A stretch of DNA of 64,000 nt from Acidobacteriota bacterium (GCA_965248695.1 CBDFKD010000002.1:1024001-1088000); one strand, 5' to 3'; positions 19,267 to 30,788 are shown, counted from the stretch's first letter. Notes: generated by a model from the sequence alone, not told the origin. Program-made: numbers and translations.

Positions 19267-20883
19267 CTAGCGCGGCAACCGGAAGACGTTGTCCGGCAGC
19301 TCGTAGCCGACGTTGGAGTTGCGGCGGATCACATCAGCGAGCGTCGTGCGCCTCATCTCTCGCAGCTGGCGGCCGTGGTAGATCTTCTCGTAGTAGAAAC
19401 GGTCGCCGTCGCGTAGCCGGATGAACTGGTCGGCGACGATGGTGTGAAAGGTCGGTCCCATGAGCGACTCGTCGAGATGATCCTCGGCGAGGCCGCCGAC
19501 CCACAGATCGATATCGTCGATATCCCCGTACAGGGTTTCGAGACGCTCGGCGAGATCCTCGTCAGAGGTGATCTCCCAGAACTCTCGGTACGGTCGCAGA
19601 CCGAACAGCGCCCGGGTGCGGTTGAACGATTCGAGACCGTGATCGCGGCCGCGTTGAATGTTCAACGACGCGAGGTCGAAGCCACCGGCGCCGGGTGGTC
19701 CGAAGAGGAAATTGCGCAGCTCGTCGACCACCATCGTGTCGACCGCGCGCGCCTGCTGCGCCGCCAGGCCACGGAGCACGGAGCCGATCCCGTTGGCAGT
19801 GATCTCGTGCGGCGCGAAGAACGCACCCGTGAGCGTCAAGTGTCCTGCGGCAATCGGTGCCCCTGACGCATCCAAGCGTAGCAACACGGGCGATACCATG
19901 CTGTGGCCGAACCGATACGCAGCGGTAGAGAATTCCTGTGCAACGTCGGCCCGCACCTGCGCCCTCCAACCGCTGTACTCTGGCATGCTGTGGCGGCCCA
20001 GCAACACGGGCAGGAACTCGTTGTAAGTGATCGACTGCAACAGCCCACCGACCCACGCCCGGGCGCGCTGATAGATCTCCTCGCCATCGAGCCGTGGCTT
20101 GCGCCGGCGGATGCCGCGCGCCACCCGGTTATGCTCCCTGACCCAGAGCGTATGCAGGGCCGTCAGCCCCACCTGCTCGTTAGCGCGTACGTCACCGGCG
20201 AGGAACAACGCCGAGCTCGGCCCGCCGGCGTTGTCCAGCCCCGCAGTGTTGAACGGCAGCAGGTCGACGGAGCTGGTCTTCAACAGTCCGTCGCCACCGT
20301 GGCGGCGCAGCGCATCGGCACGAACCGCATCCGAACCGTAGACGTTCGAGGCGTCGATCCACGACGTGATCATATTCAACTGCCGGCGCGGGTTGGTACG
20401 CACGTGGCCGGTTTGCGTGTCGTAGACAGAGCGCGTCAGACCGATCACCTGCGTACCGCTTCCGCCCGGGTCGAAATGTGGATCACCGGGCGGCACCGGG
20501 ATAGGGAAGCTCTCCGCTGGCTCGGCTCCCGGCGTCAGGTCGAGATCGTGGTCGAGGAACTGACCCCATACCCACAAGTAGTCCGTCGCTCGCGCGTGGT
20601 TCAGCACGACGTCGGTCTCTGCCGCAACCTCGTTGGAGATCTCACGCGCGCTCGGGCGATGCGGGCCCGCAGGTGACGACATCAGGTCGGCGTAGGCATG
20701 GCCCGCGAGGCGCGTTAGATGCGTCCCCGCGGCGCCGCGGTCGGGGCTCAGATAGCTATTGCCGCTGCCGTCGATAGCGCGGTACTCCTCCATACCACCG
20801 GCGGCGTCCGCCAGGGTGCCGACGAGGCACATTGCCACCAAGCACGGCGCCACCAATCGCCTGATCGTCTGTGCCCGGGCCAC
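19267..20883 (-). CDS. Secreted animal-type haem peroxidase (peroxidase-cyclooxygenase superfamily)
   Basis: YRAIDGSGN, distal WGQFLDHD, GDVRANEQ, proximal AYRFGHS, NIQRGRDHG and LRDGDRFYYE, plus a signal peptide. Confidence 0.92.
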   Translation of the reverse strand: MARAQTIRRLVAPCLVAMCLVGTLADAAGGMEEYRAIDGSGNSYLSPDRGAAGTHLTRLAGHAYADLMSSPAGPHRPSAREISNEVAAETDVVLNHARATDYLWVWGQFLDHDLDLTPGAEPAESFPIPVPPGDPHFDPGGSGTQVIGLTRSVYDTQTGHVRTNPRRQLNMITSWIDASNVYGSDAVRADALRRHGGDGLLKTSSVDLLPFNTAGLDNAGGPSSALFLAGDVRANEQVGLTALHTLWVREHNRVARGIRRRKPRLDGEEIYQRARAWVGGLLQSITYNEFLPVLLGRHSMPEYSGWRAQVRADVAQEFSTAAYRFGHSMVSPVLLRLDASGAPIAAGHLTLTGAFFAPHEITANGIGSVLRGLAAQQARAVDTMVVDELRNFLFGPPGAGGFDLASLNIQRGRDHGLESFNRTRALFGLRPYREFWEITSDEDLAERLETLYGDIDDIDLWVGGLAEDHLDESLMGPTFHTIVADQFIRLRDGDRFYYEKIYHGRQLREMRRTTLADVIRRNSNVGYELPDNVFRLPR

Positions 20884-20886
20884 CAG

Positions 20887-21699
20887 CTATCGGCTCCCGG
20901 CGGCGCTGAGCAACGCCGTCACATCGTCGTCACCGGTGTGCCAGCCACCGGGTTGATTGAAGCTCGTATCGACCTCCTCATCGGGCCCGGCCGAGTAACA
21001 CACCACCGCGCTGGAGAACCCATCCGCGTCGTAACCCTGCGGCAGATGCAGAGCGAAGACGTTCGCCATGTAGCGGTTGCCCCAAGGATCGGGTTCCACG
21101 GCATCGGCGATGTACGGACCGCGCCAGGCGAACATGCTGTTGAAGCCTTGTCCATCGTCGGTATCGAAAACCAGACCGCCCTCGATTCCGGTGCTGGTGC
21201 CTCCCGAGACCATATCGGCCGGGGTGCGATATCCGTTCGACGAGTACCCGAGCGGGGTGTTGTGGATCAGATGATTGGCGAGGGTGTCAACGCGGAACTG
21301 GACCTGCTGACCGGAGATATCGAGGTCAGCGTGGAGGTTGTCGCGATACTCGGTCGCCCAGTCGTCGCCGGCGACGGTTCCCGAGTGATTCACCGTCGGC
21401 GTGTCGCCGTCGCCGATCAGCAACCCAACGACGTAATCGCGATAGGGCGTGTCCGCCTCGTATCCGCCGGCTTCCCGGCCACCCCATTCGTAGAAGGCAG
21501 CCTCACCGGTATCGACGACATAGCGCGACAGAACCGAGCACAACGCCCCCACGTCTTCCTGAACGCGGGCGAATCGAGCGAGTCGATTGAAGCTGCCGAT
21601 GTTCGGCAGCATGATCGCCGACAGGATCGCCAACACGAACAGGATGATTGTCACTTCGACGAGGGTGAAGCCGGCTTCCCTGGCATTTCGGTCGTCCAT
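20887..21699 (-). CDS. Prepilin-type / type II secretion pseudopilin (GspG-like)
   Basis: G|FTLVE N-methylation site followed by a hydrophobic helix, and WRGPY..DPWGNRY..SAGPD GspG-type motifs. Confidence 0.85.
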   Translation of the reverse strand: MDDRNAREAGFTLVEVTIILFVLAILSAIMLPNIGSFNRLARFARVQEDVGALCSVLSRYVVDTGEAAFYEWGGREAGGYEADTPYRDYVVGLLIGDGDTPTVNHSGTVAGDDWATEYRDNLHADLDISGQQVQFRVDTLANHLIHNTPLGYSSNGYRTPADMVSGGTSTGIEGGLVFDTDDGQGFNSMFAWRGPYIADAVEPDPWGNRYMANVFALHLPQGYDADGFSSAVVCYSAGPDEEVDTSFNQPGGWHTGDDDVTALLSAAGSR

Positions 21700-21956
21700 G
21701 CGGCTCGCTCCGAGATCGGGAGCCACGGCGCCGGGGAGACCACCGAAGCGTTCAAGTGAAAGCTAACTTACGGCGCCAGGCGTACCAAAACCGGCCAGGC
21801 CGCGGTTGTCCGCTCCTGACCACCCGATGTGGCAACGGTGGTTGACACCGTCCGACCTAGGCCACTTTTTGGGCGACCGGAGGACTCGGGCCCCGGACAA
21901 GCGAGGTAACTGTCAGTCTCGACAACCGCGCCGCCAGGCGTGAGAGACTGCCACCA

Positions 21957-23174
21957 ATGAACAGCGATGAATCGCCGCGGCGTGGACCGGCCGCAGGCGC
22001 CACCGTTTCCTCCGACCCCGGCTCGACCGATCCATCCGAGGCGACCGAGGCGCTCGACCGCCGCGGGTTCGTCCGCGCAGTTGCCGCCACTGCCGCAGCC
22101 GCCGGCGCCGGCGCCTCGGCGGTCGCGTGTAGCTCCCCGCAAGATGCTCCAGCAGTGCACACGCGCGAGCGTGTGCGCTGGCGACTGACATCGAGCTTCC
22201 CGCGAGGGCTCGATCTGCTTTACGGCATCAACGACCGTCTGGCGGACCGTCTCGACCAGCTATCGGGCGGGTTGTTTCAGCTGCGTTCCTATCCCGCCGG
22301 CGAGCTGGTGCCGGGGCTGCAGGTGCTCGACGCCGTACAGCAAAGCACCGTCGAGGTGGGGCATACGGCGAGCTACTACTACACCGGCAAGAATCCGGCG
22401 TTCGCCTTCGAGATCGGCATGCCGTTCGGGCTCGTGGCCTCGCAGCAGCTGGCGTGGCTGTATCGGGGCGGCGGGCTCGAGCTCATGCGCGAGGTTCTGG
22501 CCGACTTCAACGCCACGACCTTCCCGGCTGGATCGACCGGCTCACAGATGGGCGGTTGGTTCAAGAACGAGGTCAACAGCCTGGACGATCTCCAGGGTTT
22601 GAAGATGCGTATTCCCGGCATAGGTGGCGAGGTGATGAGCCGCCTGGGAGTCACGGTTCAGGTGATCGCCGGCGGCGACGTCTATCCGGCGCTGGAGCGC
22701 GGCGCCATCGACGCCACCGAGTGGGCCGGCCCCTACGACGATGAGCAGCTGGGCTTCCACGAGATCGTCAAGAACTACTACTACCCGTGCTGGTGGGAAC
22801 CAGGTCCGACCCTGTCGTTCTACGTCAATCGCGATCGGTGGAGGGAGCTGTCTTCCGAGTATCAGGCGATGTTCGAGAGCGCCACCACCGAGGTGGCGGC
22901 GCGCATGACGGGGAGCTACGAGGCCCTGACGCCGCCGGCGCTGCAACGACTGCTCGCGGCAGGGGTGCAGCTGCGGCCGTTCTCCGATGACGTCCTCAAC
23001 GCCGCCTACGATCGGTCGTTCGAGCTGTTCGAGGAGAATGCCGCGGCCGATGCCGGTTATCGCAAGATCTACGACTCGTGGCGTGCCGTGCGCAAGGGAG
23101 CATTCCATTGGTACGGCAGCTCGGCGCGCGCCTACGCCGACTTCATACTCTCGCGGACACCTGGAATCGCCTAG
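21957..23174 (+). CDS. TRAP transporter solute-binding protein (DctP/TakP type), Tat-exported
   Basis: DRRGFV Tat motif, WRLTSSFP, QMGGWF, GLKMRIPG, IDATEW.GPYDD and YYYPCWWE. Confidence 0.92.
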   Translation: MNSDESPRRGPAAGATVSSDPGSTDPSEATEALDRRGFVRAVAATAAAAGAGASAVACSSPQDAPAVHTRERVRWRLTSSFPRGLDLLYGINDRLADRLDQLSGGLFQLRSYPAGELVPGLQVLDAVQQSTVEVGHTASYYYTGKNPAFAFEIGMPFGLVASQQLAWLYRGGGLELMREVLADFNATTFPAGSTGSQMGGWFKNEVNSLDDLQGLKMRIPGIGGEVMSRLGVTVQVIAGGDVYPALERGAIDATEWAGPYDDEQLGFHEIVKNYYYPCWWEPGPTLSFYVNRDRWRELSSEYQAMFESATTEVAARMTGSYEALTPPALQRLLAAGVQLRPFSDDVLNAAYDRSFELFEENAAADAGYRKIYDSWRAVRKGAFHWYGSSARAYADFILSRTPGIA

Positions 23175-23381
23175 CAGGACGCAGCTCACACCTGATCTGC
23201 GACGTCCTCTTACGCTACGGCAACGAGGCTTCCGGTCGCTGAAGCCTATCGGCGACTCGACGCCGGCCGACAGTAGCGGCGCCACCCAGTCGAACGCCGG
23301 TTTCGTTCTGATGCATCGCTATCATCGTGCCCGCGGTAGCGGGCCGGAGCATCACGCGGCCGCTCTGGACGCCTCGTGGTC

Positions 23382-23402
23382 ATATATCACGATACGATAT
23401 AT
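23382..23402. promoter_or_regulatory. Probable PadR operator palindrome
   Basis: ATATATC-N7-GATATAT, an AT-rich inverted repeat 45 bp upstream of padR. Confidence 0.6.
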
Positions 23403-23447
23403 CTCGATCCCTGAGACTTCCGACTACGGCTTGCCTTAGGTGAACAC

Positions 23448-23783
23448 ATGAAACTGACGGTCGCGTTCTTCCACATTCTGCTGGCGCTCGTCGACTCTGA
23501 CCTGCACGGGCTCGGGATCGTCGACAAGGTCGAGCGCCGTACCGACGGCGAGGTGAAGCTCGGCCCCGGGATCCTCTATGGGTCGATCAAGAAGCTGGTC
23601 GGCGTGGGCCTGATTGAGGAATCAGCCTGGCGGCCGGCCCCGGAGCTCGACGACCCGCGGCGACGCTACTACCGGATCACATCGCCCGGGCGACGGGCCG
23701 TGCATGCCGAGGCCCAACGGTGGGCGCAGGTTGTGCAAGTGGCGCGCGACAAGAATGTGCTCGACAAGCGAGGCGTCCGATGA
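23448..23783 (+). CDS. PadR family transcriptional regulator
   Basis: FHILLAL..HGLGI, GPGILYGSIKKL and RRRYYRIT..GR motifs. Confidence 0.92.
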   Translation: MKLTVAFFHILLALVDSDLHGLGIVDKVERRTDGEVKLGPGILYGSIKKLVGVGLIEESAWRPAPELDDPRRRYYRITSPGRRAVHAEAQRWAQVVQVARDKNVLDKRGVR

Positions 23784-26486
23784 GCGCTCCCAACGGTCCG
23801 GGAAGGGCGCCGCGAGGGGATGGCGCGACCGGTGCTGGATGGATCCTGCGTGTGACCAACCGGACCTTTCTCCTCGCGCTACGCCTCTACCCAGGGGGGC
23901 TCCGCGAGCGCTACGGCGCGGAGATGTTGCAGGTCCTGGAGCATCGCTGGGACAGGGGGCGTCGCGCCTATCCACGATCGTACCTGCCGCGAGTGTGGTG
24001 GCATCTGATCGGTGACCTAGCGGCGAGTATCCGGTCCGATCGCCGCGAAGCTGGCCGCGAAAGGCGCATATCGCTGCGTGAGCTGAGCGGCTCGGTGATC
24101 CAGGACATGCGTTACGCCACCCGGGGGTTCATCAAGGCACCGGGGTTCGTTCTGGTGGCGGTGCTGACGGTGGCGCTCGGAGTCGGCGCGAACGTGGCGA
24201 TCTTCAGCGTCGTCAATGCGGTGGTGCTGAGACCGCTTCCGTTTCCGGACTCCGCCCGGATCGCACGCCTGTGGCCATCGCACTTCTTCTCAGCCCGCGA
24301 GGTTGTGGCGCTGCAGGAAGAAGCTGTTTCCTACGAGGCTATCGCCGCCGTGGCGCGGGGAACGTTCTCGGCGACGGGCGACGGTGTCCCCGAGCAGTTC
24401 AGCGGCAGCATCGTCGGCGCGAGTCATTTTGACGTCCTCGGGATCCGGCCGTCGCTGGGGCGCGCCTTCGTCCGCGGCGACTCGGAACCCGGTAGCAGTC
24501 ATCTCGCCATCCTGAGCCACGGCTACTGGACGCGCCGGTTCGGCCCTCGACCCCGACGTGCTCGGTCGATCGATCGCGGTCGAGGGCCAGGGCTCGTTGT
24601 CGCGGACGGTCGTCGGTGTGATGCCCCCCGGATACGAGCCGTTCCCGTGGCAGACGGACATCCTCGTCCCGATGGTCATCGAGCCAGGCACGCACGACTT
24701 CGATGACATGCACCGCTTCTGGCTCCTCGGGCGCCTACGACCCGAAGTCGAGGTAGCCACCGCACAAGCAGAGCTTCAGAGCATCACGGCGCGGCTATCG
24801 GCGAGCGAGAACCCAGTTTTCAGTCGGGACGCCTCGGAAACTGCCCGGGTCGTCACCTACCACGAGTCCCGAGTCGGCGAAGTGCGCGGCACCCTTTGGA
24901 TCCTACTCGCCGCCGTGGGGGCGGTACTGCTGGTCGCCTGCACCAACGTCGCCAATCTGCTGCTGGCCCGTTCGGGCGTGCGTGAACAGGAGATCTCGGT
25001 ACGCGTTGCCATCGGCGCCAGCAGGTGGCGCGTTGTCCGTCAGCTGCTGACCGAAAACGTACTGCTGGGTTTGGCCGGCGGAGTCGTGGGCGTTGCGGTT
25101 GCCACCGCCGCAACATCGGTGTTGATCGGGCTACTGCCGGCGAACACACCGCGAACCGCCGAGATCGGTATCGACGCCGCTGTGCTGTGGTTCGCCGTCG
25201 GGACCTCACTCGCCGCTGGCCTGGTATTCGGACTCGTCCCGGCACTTCGAGCCACCCGCAGAGACCGAGCAACGCGGCCTGATGGCGGCCGTGGAATCAC
25301 CGCAGGGCAGCGGAGATTTCGACTCAACAACGGACTCGTTGCCGCCGAGGTGGGAATTTCCGTCGTGCTGGTGGTTGCCGCGGGGCTGCTGGTCAAGAGC
25401 CTCTGGTTGTTGCAGCAGGTCGACCCTGGATTCAATGTCGACAGCATCACGACCGTACGCATCGCGCCGCCACCGGGCACCTACCCCGGTGACGAGGAGC
25501 GTCGCCTCTATTACCGACAGGTCGAGGAACGGGTCGCGGCGCTCCCCGGCATCGACTCAGTGGGGCTGGTCAACGCGCTGCCGCTCACCCGAGGCGTGAT
25601 GGGGGTGGCCATATCGCCCGATGGTCGGCCGGTCCCAGCCGGCGCTCAGCCGGAGTACGTCAGCTACCGTGCCGCAAGCGCCGGCTACGTCTCTACTTTC
25701 CAGATTCCGTTGCTGGCAGGACGGGGTCTCGGTGCCGAGGATCGCAGCGGTTCGGCGCCCGTAGGGATGGTCAACAGGGCGCTGGCCGGTCGCCTCTGGC
25801 CTGACGAGAGCGCTGTAGGAAAGGTGGTCCACTGGCCGACCGGGGACCCCTGGTTCACCGTCGTCGGGATCGTTGAAGACTTCCACCAGACGGCGCTGTC
25901 GGCAGCCGTACGGCCCGAGGCCTACGTCCCCTATGACCAGGAGTCGTGGCTCGGAACGATGCACCTGGCGGTACGATCCGGCGGCGATGTCGACATCGCC
26001 ACCCTGCAGGAGGCGATCTGGTCCGTCGACCGCAACGTGGTGGTGTCGAGCAGCTCGACGATGGAGCAAGTGCTCTACCGGTCAATGGCCAGCCCCCGAT
26101 CGACCACCTTGCTGTTCGCGGCTTTCGCAGTGCTGGCGCTGACGCTCGGAGCCATCGGGGTCTTCGGCGTGATGACCTACATCGTCAGCCAGCGCACTCA
26201 GGAGATTGGTGTCCGCCTCGCTCTCGGCGCCACGCGAGGAGACGTGATCCGCACCACCGTACGCGCCGGCATGGCACCAGCGGTGGCGGGGTTGCTGGTG
26301 GGGAGCCTCGCCTCCGCGACCAGCGGCAGCCTGTTGTCGAACCTCCTGTTCCAGGTAGCACCTACAGACCCGGGCGTGCTCGCAGCAGTAGTCGGACTGT
26401 TCCTGGTGGTGATCGCGCTGGCCAACCTCGTGCCAGCGCTGCGAGCCTCCAAGGTCGATCCGGTGGTTTCGCTGCGTCAGCAATAG
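23780..26486 (+). CDS. ADOP-type duplicated MacB/FtsX ABC permease, one apparent +1 frameshift near 24546
   Basis: QDMRYATR, TVALGVGANVAIFSVV, ACTNVANLLLAR, QRTQEIGVRLALGA and PALRASKVDP. Removing one C in GGCCCTCGAC joins the two ORFs into about 900 aa. ATGA overlap with padR. Confidence 0.88.
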
Positions 26487-27316
26487 CGGGCAATCCCGGT
26501 CGGACGACCATGAGCAGACTAGAGCTTCGCGCGTACCTGTTCTCTCTGCTCCTTTGCTTTCGATAGATCGAGTCCAGCGCTGCGGACGACTCGTCGAATA
26601 TCTCCCCTCAGTGATTTTATGAGCTCATTGACGATACCGGTTCCAAGAAGGCGCTCGGCCGCCTGGCGGGGTGCCTTTTCTAGACTTCGCTGCTCCTCTT
26701 TCTCTAGGTACGCAAGAAACGCCTCCACGCGTCCGAACCTCTCATACAGATCAGAGCTGTTCAGACGGATGTGTAGTTGATGTCGTGTCTTGCTGCACCA
26801 AATTGGCGTGTCCAAGCACACCAAATCCAGGTATTGGAACTTCTTCACTAGAGTGTCCAAATAGTAGACTCCGCAACGCGTAATGCGAATGTAGCGAACA
26901 CCCCCAAGATCCTCTATCTGCTGTGTGTCCGCTTCCACTAGCCGGCTCTTCAGTAGGCGCTTCAGGTGGAACTCGACATCACCACCGCCCCCGAATACTT
27001 GAGCAAGCTCATCGATACACTTCTACGCAGCGATAAAGCCTGCACCTTCCGGGTGGGCATCCGCGTTGTGGCGATCGAGGAGCGTCAGAATGTGCAGGCT
27101 CGTCAGGTTAGAAGCGTTCGGCGTCCCGGACACCTCGAACAGGTTGATGATGGTGCTTCTCTTTTCCTTGTAGAACTGATGGTCGCCGAGCATCACTGCT
27201 TTGATGAACTCGTGTTCCGCGACGAAGTAACGCCCGGAGTTCGCATAGATCTTCAACATTGTTTCAACAAATGTTACGCCTGAGACCATGAACTGATTGA
27301 ACATCGTCAGCGCGGA

Positions 27317-28576
27317 TGACCTGACCCCGCGGTTAGTACCATGTCTTATCTCAGTAACTCGGTGCTGACAAGAGGTTGTTGAGGCCGGCGAAGCGGAGCG
27401 CAGCCGGCTTCAACAACGTCGCTTCGGGTGCGGGCGGCCGATAGCTCAGCGAGCTGTGCGGTCGCATGCGGTTGTAGTGCTGACGCCATCTCTCGATCAG
27501 AACCTTTGCCTCCTTGAGCGTGTAGAAGATCTCTCCATCCAGCAGCTCGTCGCGTAGCTTGCCGTTGAAGCTCTCCACGTAACCGTTCTCCCACGGCGAG
27601 CCCGGCTCGATGAACAGCGTCCCCACGCCCAACCGGCCCAGCCAGTCGCGAACCGCCTCGGCGGTGAACTCTGGTCCGTTATCCGACCGGATGTGCTCAG
27701 GTATGCCCCGGTGTACGAACAACCTCCCGAGCTGCTCCAGCACGTCCTCAGAGTTGAGCTTCCGTGCTACATGGATCGCCAGGCTTTCTCGTGTGTACTC
27801 ATCGACGATCGTCAGCAGCCTCATAGCCCGACCGTCGTGCGTCCGGTGGTGCAGGAAGTCATACGCCCAGACATGATCCCGGTGCTGTGGGCGCAGCCGG
27901 ATGCAGGAGCCATCGCTCAGCCACAGCCGTGCTCGTTTGGGCTGTTTTCTCGGTACTTTCAGCCCTTCGCGCCGCCAGATACGCTGCACTCGTTTGTGGT
28001 TCACGGACCAGCCCTCCATGCGCAGCAACGCTGTCACCCTCCGATATCCGTAGCGCCCGTACTGTCGGGCTAAATCCACGATCCGCTCCGTCAAAATCTG
28101 CTCCTGTTGCGGCTCTCTTGGCACGTACCGGTGTGTCGTGCGTGGTTGTTTCAGTACCCGACACGCCCGCCTCTCCGAGACGCCCAGCCGCCCCCGTACA
28201 TGTGCCACCGCCTCTCGCCGCCGAGCTGGGCTCAGAAGTTTCCCTCCGCCACTTCCTTCAGGATCGACAGGTCGAGTTCCTTTTCCGCCACCAGCCTCTT
28301 GAGCCGGGCATTCTCCTTCTCCAGTTGCTTGAGCTTTCTGGCCTGGTTGAGCTTCAGTCCGCCGTACTCTCGCCGCCACCGGTAGTAGGTGTGCTCGGTG
28401 ATTGCTAGCTTGCGGCAGGCATCCTTGACCGTCGCCCCTCGAGCCAGCTCCACCTCAGCCTCCCGGAGCTTGCGTACGATCTGCTCGGCGCTGTGCCTCT
28501 TACTCGGCATTCTGACCTCCCGTTCTTGACCCAGATCGTGAGATTACATCCGGATCCGTTTTCGGGGGTCAGGTCA
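27317..28576 (-). mobile_element. IS3-family element (IS407-like), complete copy, 1260 bp
   Basis: Ends TGACCTGACCCC / GGGGTCAGGTCA, 4-bp target duplication CGGA (27313-27316, 28577-28580), orfA and orfB inside. Confidence 0.95.
27351..28510 (-). CDS. IS3 transposase OrfAB (programmed -1 frameshift)
   Basis: OrfA HTH at 28232-28510. OrfB DDE motifs WAYDF, RSDNGPEF and ENGYVESFNGKLRDE. Slippery G-GGA-AAC at 28238-28244. Confidence 0.93.
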
Positions 28577-30788
28577 CGGATCGAATGTTCCCGTGCGCAA
28601 TGGCATCAATGAACGACCCGATCGCTCTATTCTGCTTAAGTACGCTGTCCTTGATTATGTGGAGAAACGCGCAGATCTCGGGCGCCTCAAACTCGACTCC
28701 AGATTTCAAAGCGACGCGAAGTGCTTCGTTTCCTTGTTCGGACACCTGCAGCGCGTAGGCGAGCCGCTTGCGTAATACCTGGCGGATGTCGGGCGACGCA
28801 ATGTGATAGCGAATGTTGTGGTAGGCGTTGAATGCGCCCGCCTGCTCTGCCCGGAAGAACGAATCCTCCCGGAGAGCCACGAACACGACGGCATCAAGCG
28901 CGGAACAGAGTTCCTGTGCGAGAAGGAACACGGCGAGCTGTTCATCGTTCGTGCGTTGATCGACGTTGTCGAGGACCAGCGTTACGACGAGGCCCTTCTC
29001 CCTTAGGAATCGGAGGACCGCGTCACAGTGCTCGGGTTTCTCGAGTTGTTCTTCCAGAAACTCGACCTCCCGTGCGGAGGCAGCCGTATCCGAGAGTGCC
29101 GCCCACGGTCCGGACGAGCGAGCGTCGATCTCCTGCCGGTAAATCTGTCGTAGCGCGCTAAGCGACCCTATGTCGACGTCAGGGTATCTCGTTGTCAAGT
29201 TGGACAGCGTCCGCCTACGAACGAAATCCGCGAAGGCACGGGCTTCTGCTGGCGCTTCGGTGAACGGCACATATGACCAGACGCAGTGCGTATCGACGAA
29301 CGCTCGGGCGTTGACTCGGAAAAACCTAATGTATGAACGTCGTCTTGCCTGCGCCTATTCCGCCTAGGAGAAGAACTGTCGTGCCGAAGTCGCCACGCCT
29401 AACAGCTTTGCGGAAGTCTGCGTCCAGGGCTCCGGAACGATCCTCCGTCTCGACAAGGTCGCTAAAACCGCTGCGGCGCGCAAACTCCGGTAGCGTGTCA
29501 TTGAATAGCGCTCGGACCTCTTTCCATACGCCCTGCACGCGACGGTCATAGACGTAGCACTTCTTGAGAACCTCGTCTTCCTCAGGACCCGTTAGATCGC
29601 GGAACATGCCACTGATCAGTGGTTGTATCTGGCGGGATAGACGATTTCGTTGGAGTGGATTGTCGGCGTAGTAGACGGTGTCAAGCACGCGCTTGAACGT
29701 GACTTGCTGAAGCTGCGCGTCACCAAGCCCCTCAACCAAGCTACCGTGGCTAACGGGTTCGTAGCCCAGGAGATTCCAGAACTCAGTAAAGTTAGCGTGA
29801 ATGTCCTCTAGGCTGCGGAAGACAATGCCCCGTCCAGCTTTCCAGGGCCGGCCAGCGGTTATGGCTTGAAAGACTATCCACTGAGAGCCGTTCGTTACGC
29901 ACGCATACTCCGTGCCGTGGTCATCGCAATACCCACGCACCTGGCGGATCGCCTTCCCTACGCCAGCTTTCTCTCCGCTGAGGGTCGACAGAGCATATTG
30001 ACGTCGGTTCCTTTCCGCGGGGAAGGTGAAGTACTGACCAGACCGCTTCGCCTCGACGACAAGCGTCGGCCGCGGACACGACAGCTTGTAGTCCAGATAG
30101 CCGGCGCTTGATTTCTCCTCGCGAACGATCGCCGCTTCTGGCCAGTCGAGAACACGCGTCAAGATTCGTGTGATGACCTTCGCGCGCGTGTCAGCTTCTG
30201 TTGACGTCTTGGAAACGAGTCGGTGTTGGCCATTCTCGTCAACAAGGACACTCAGTTCGTGCAAACACTGTTCGAATCCCATTCTCTGGCTCTTCCAGTA
30301 GACGAAGCGTTACCCGACTACCTAGGCAGGTTCCCGACCAACATCACTGACAATGGACACGGGGCGAAGCCTACTAGGGAAGGGCGGTGGTTCAACAGCT
30401 GAGCCGGTCGATCTGTGGACGTGGATTGAGTCGTACGGTGGCGATGCTCGGCCCACGACCGGCAGCCAGCCGCCGGCCATCGCACTCGGAGCATCGGCGC
30501 CGGCGCTGCAGATCCTACGCCGCTCCAATCGCTCGATGCGATACACCTGGCAACGGCGCAGAGTATCTATTGAGTCAAGACAACGCTCGTGTACGAGATC
30601 GCACTGGCTCGCGCGCGCACCTCTTTGGGTTTTCGGGCCTGACCCTTGGCAGCACCGACAAACTAAAGCAATCCGCCGTGCCTTGGCGATGGCAATCGTC
30701 GCCACATCGCCCTTTGCCAATTCTCAACCGCATGCGGTAGTGTGCGGCACAGATCTCGACCGTAGCGAACGCAACGGAGGACCCGCCC

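Larger units (their letters stand above)
26519..30282 (-). pseudogene. Disrupted HsdR_N-like restriction endonuclease / P-loop AAA+ ATPase fusion (about 830 aa), putative defence gene
   Basis: TEADTRAK..YLDY..VEAKR..QVRGYC..VTNG nuclease, Walker A GGIGAGKT, Walker B LVLDNVD and GNIRSAL. Lesions: +1 frameshift near 29328, IS at 27317-28576, in-frame TAG at 27023-27025. Visibly AT-richer than the flanks. Confidence 0.8.

Noticed and set aside
30283-30788. ORFs upstream of the nuclease-ATPase as partner genes
   Set aside because: The overlapping ORFs on both strands have no recognisable motifs or convincing RBS.
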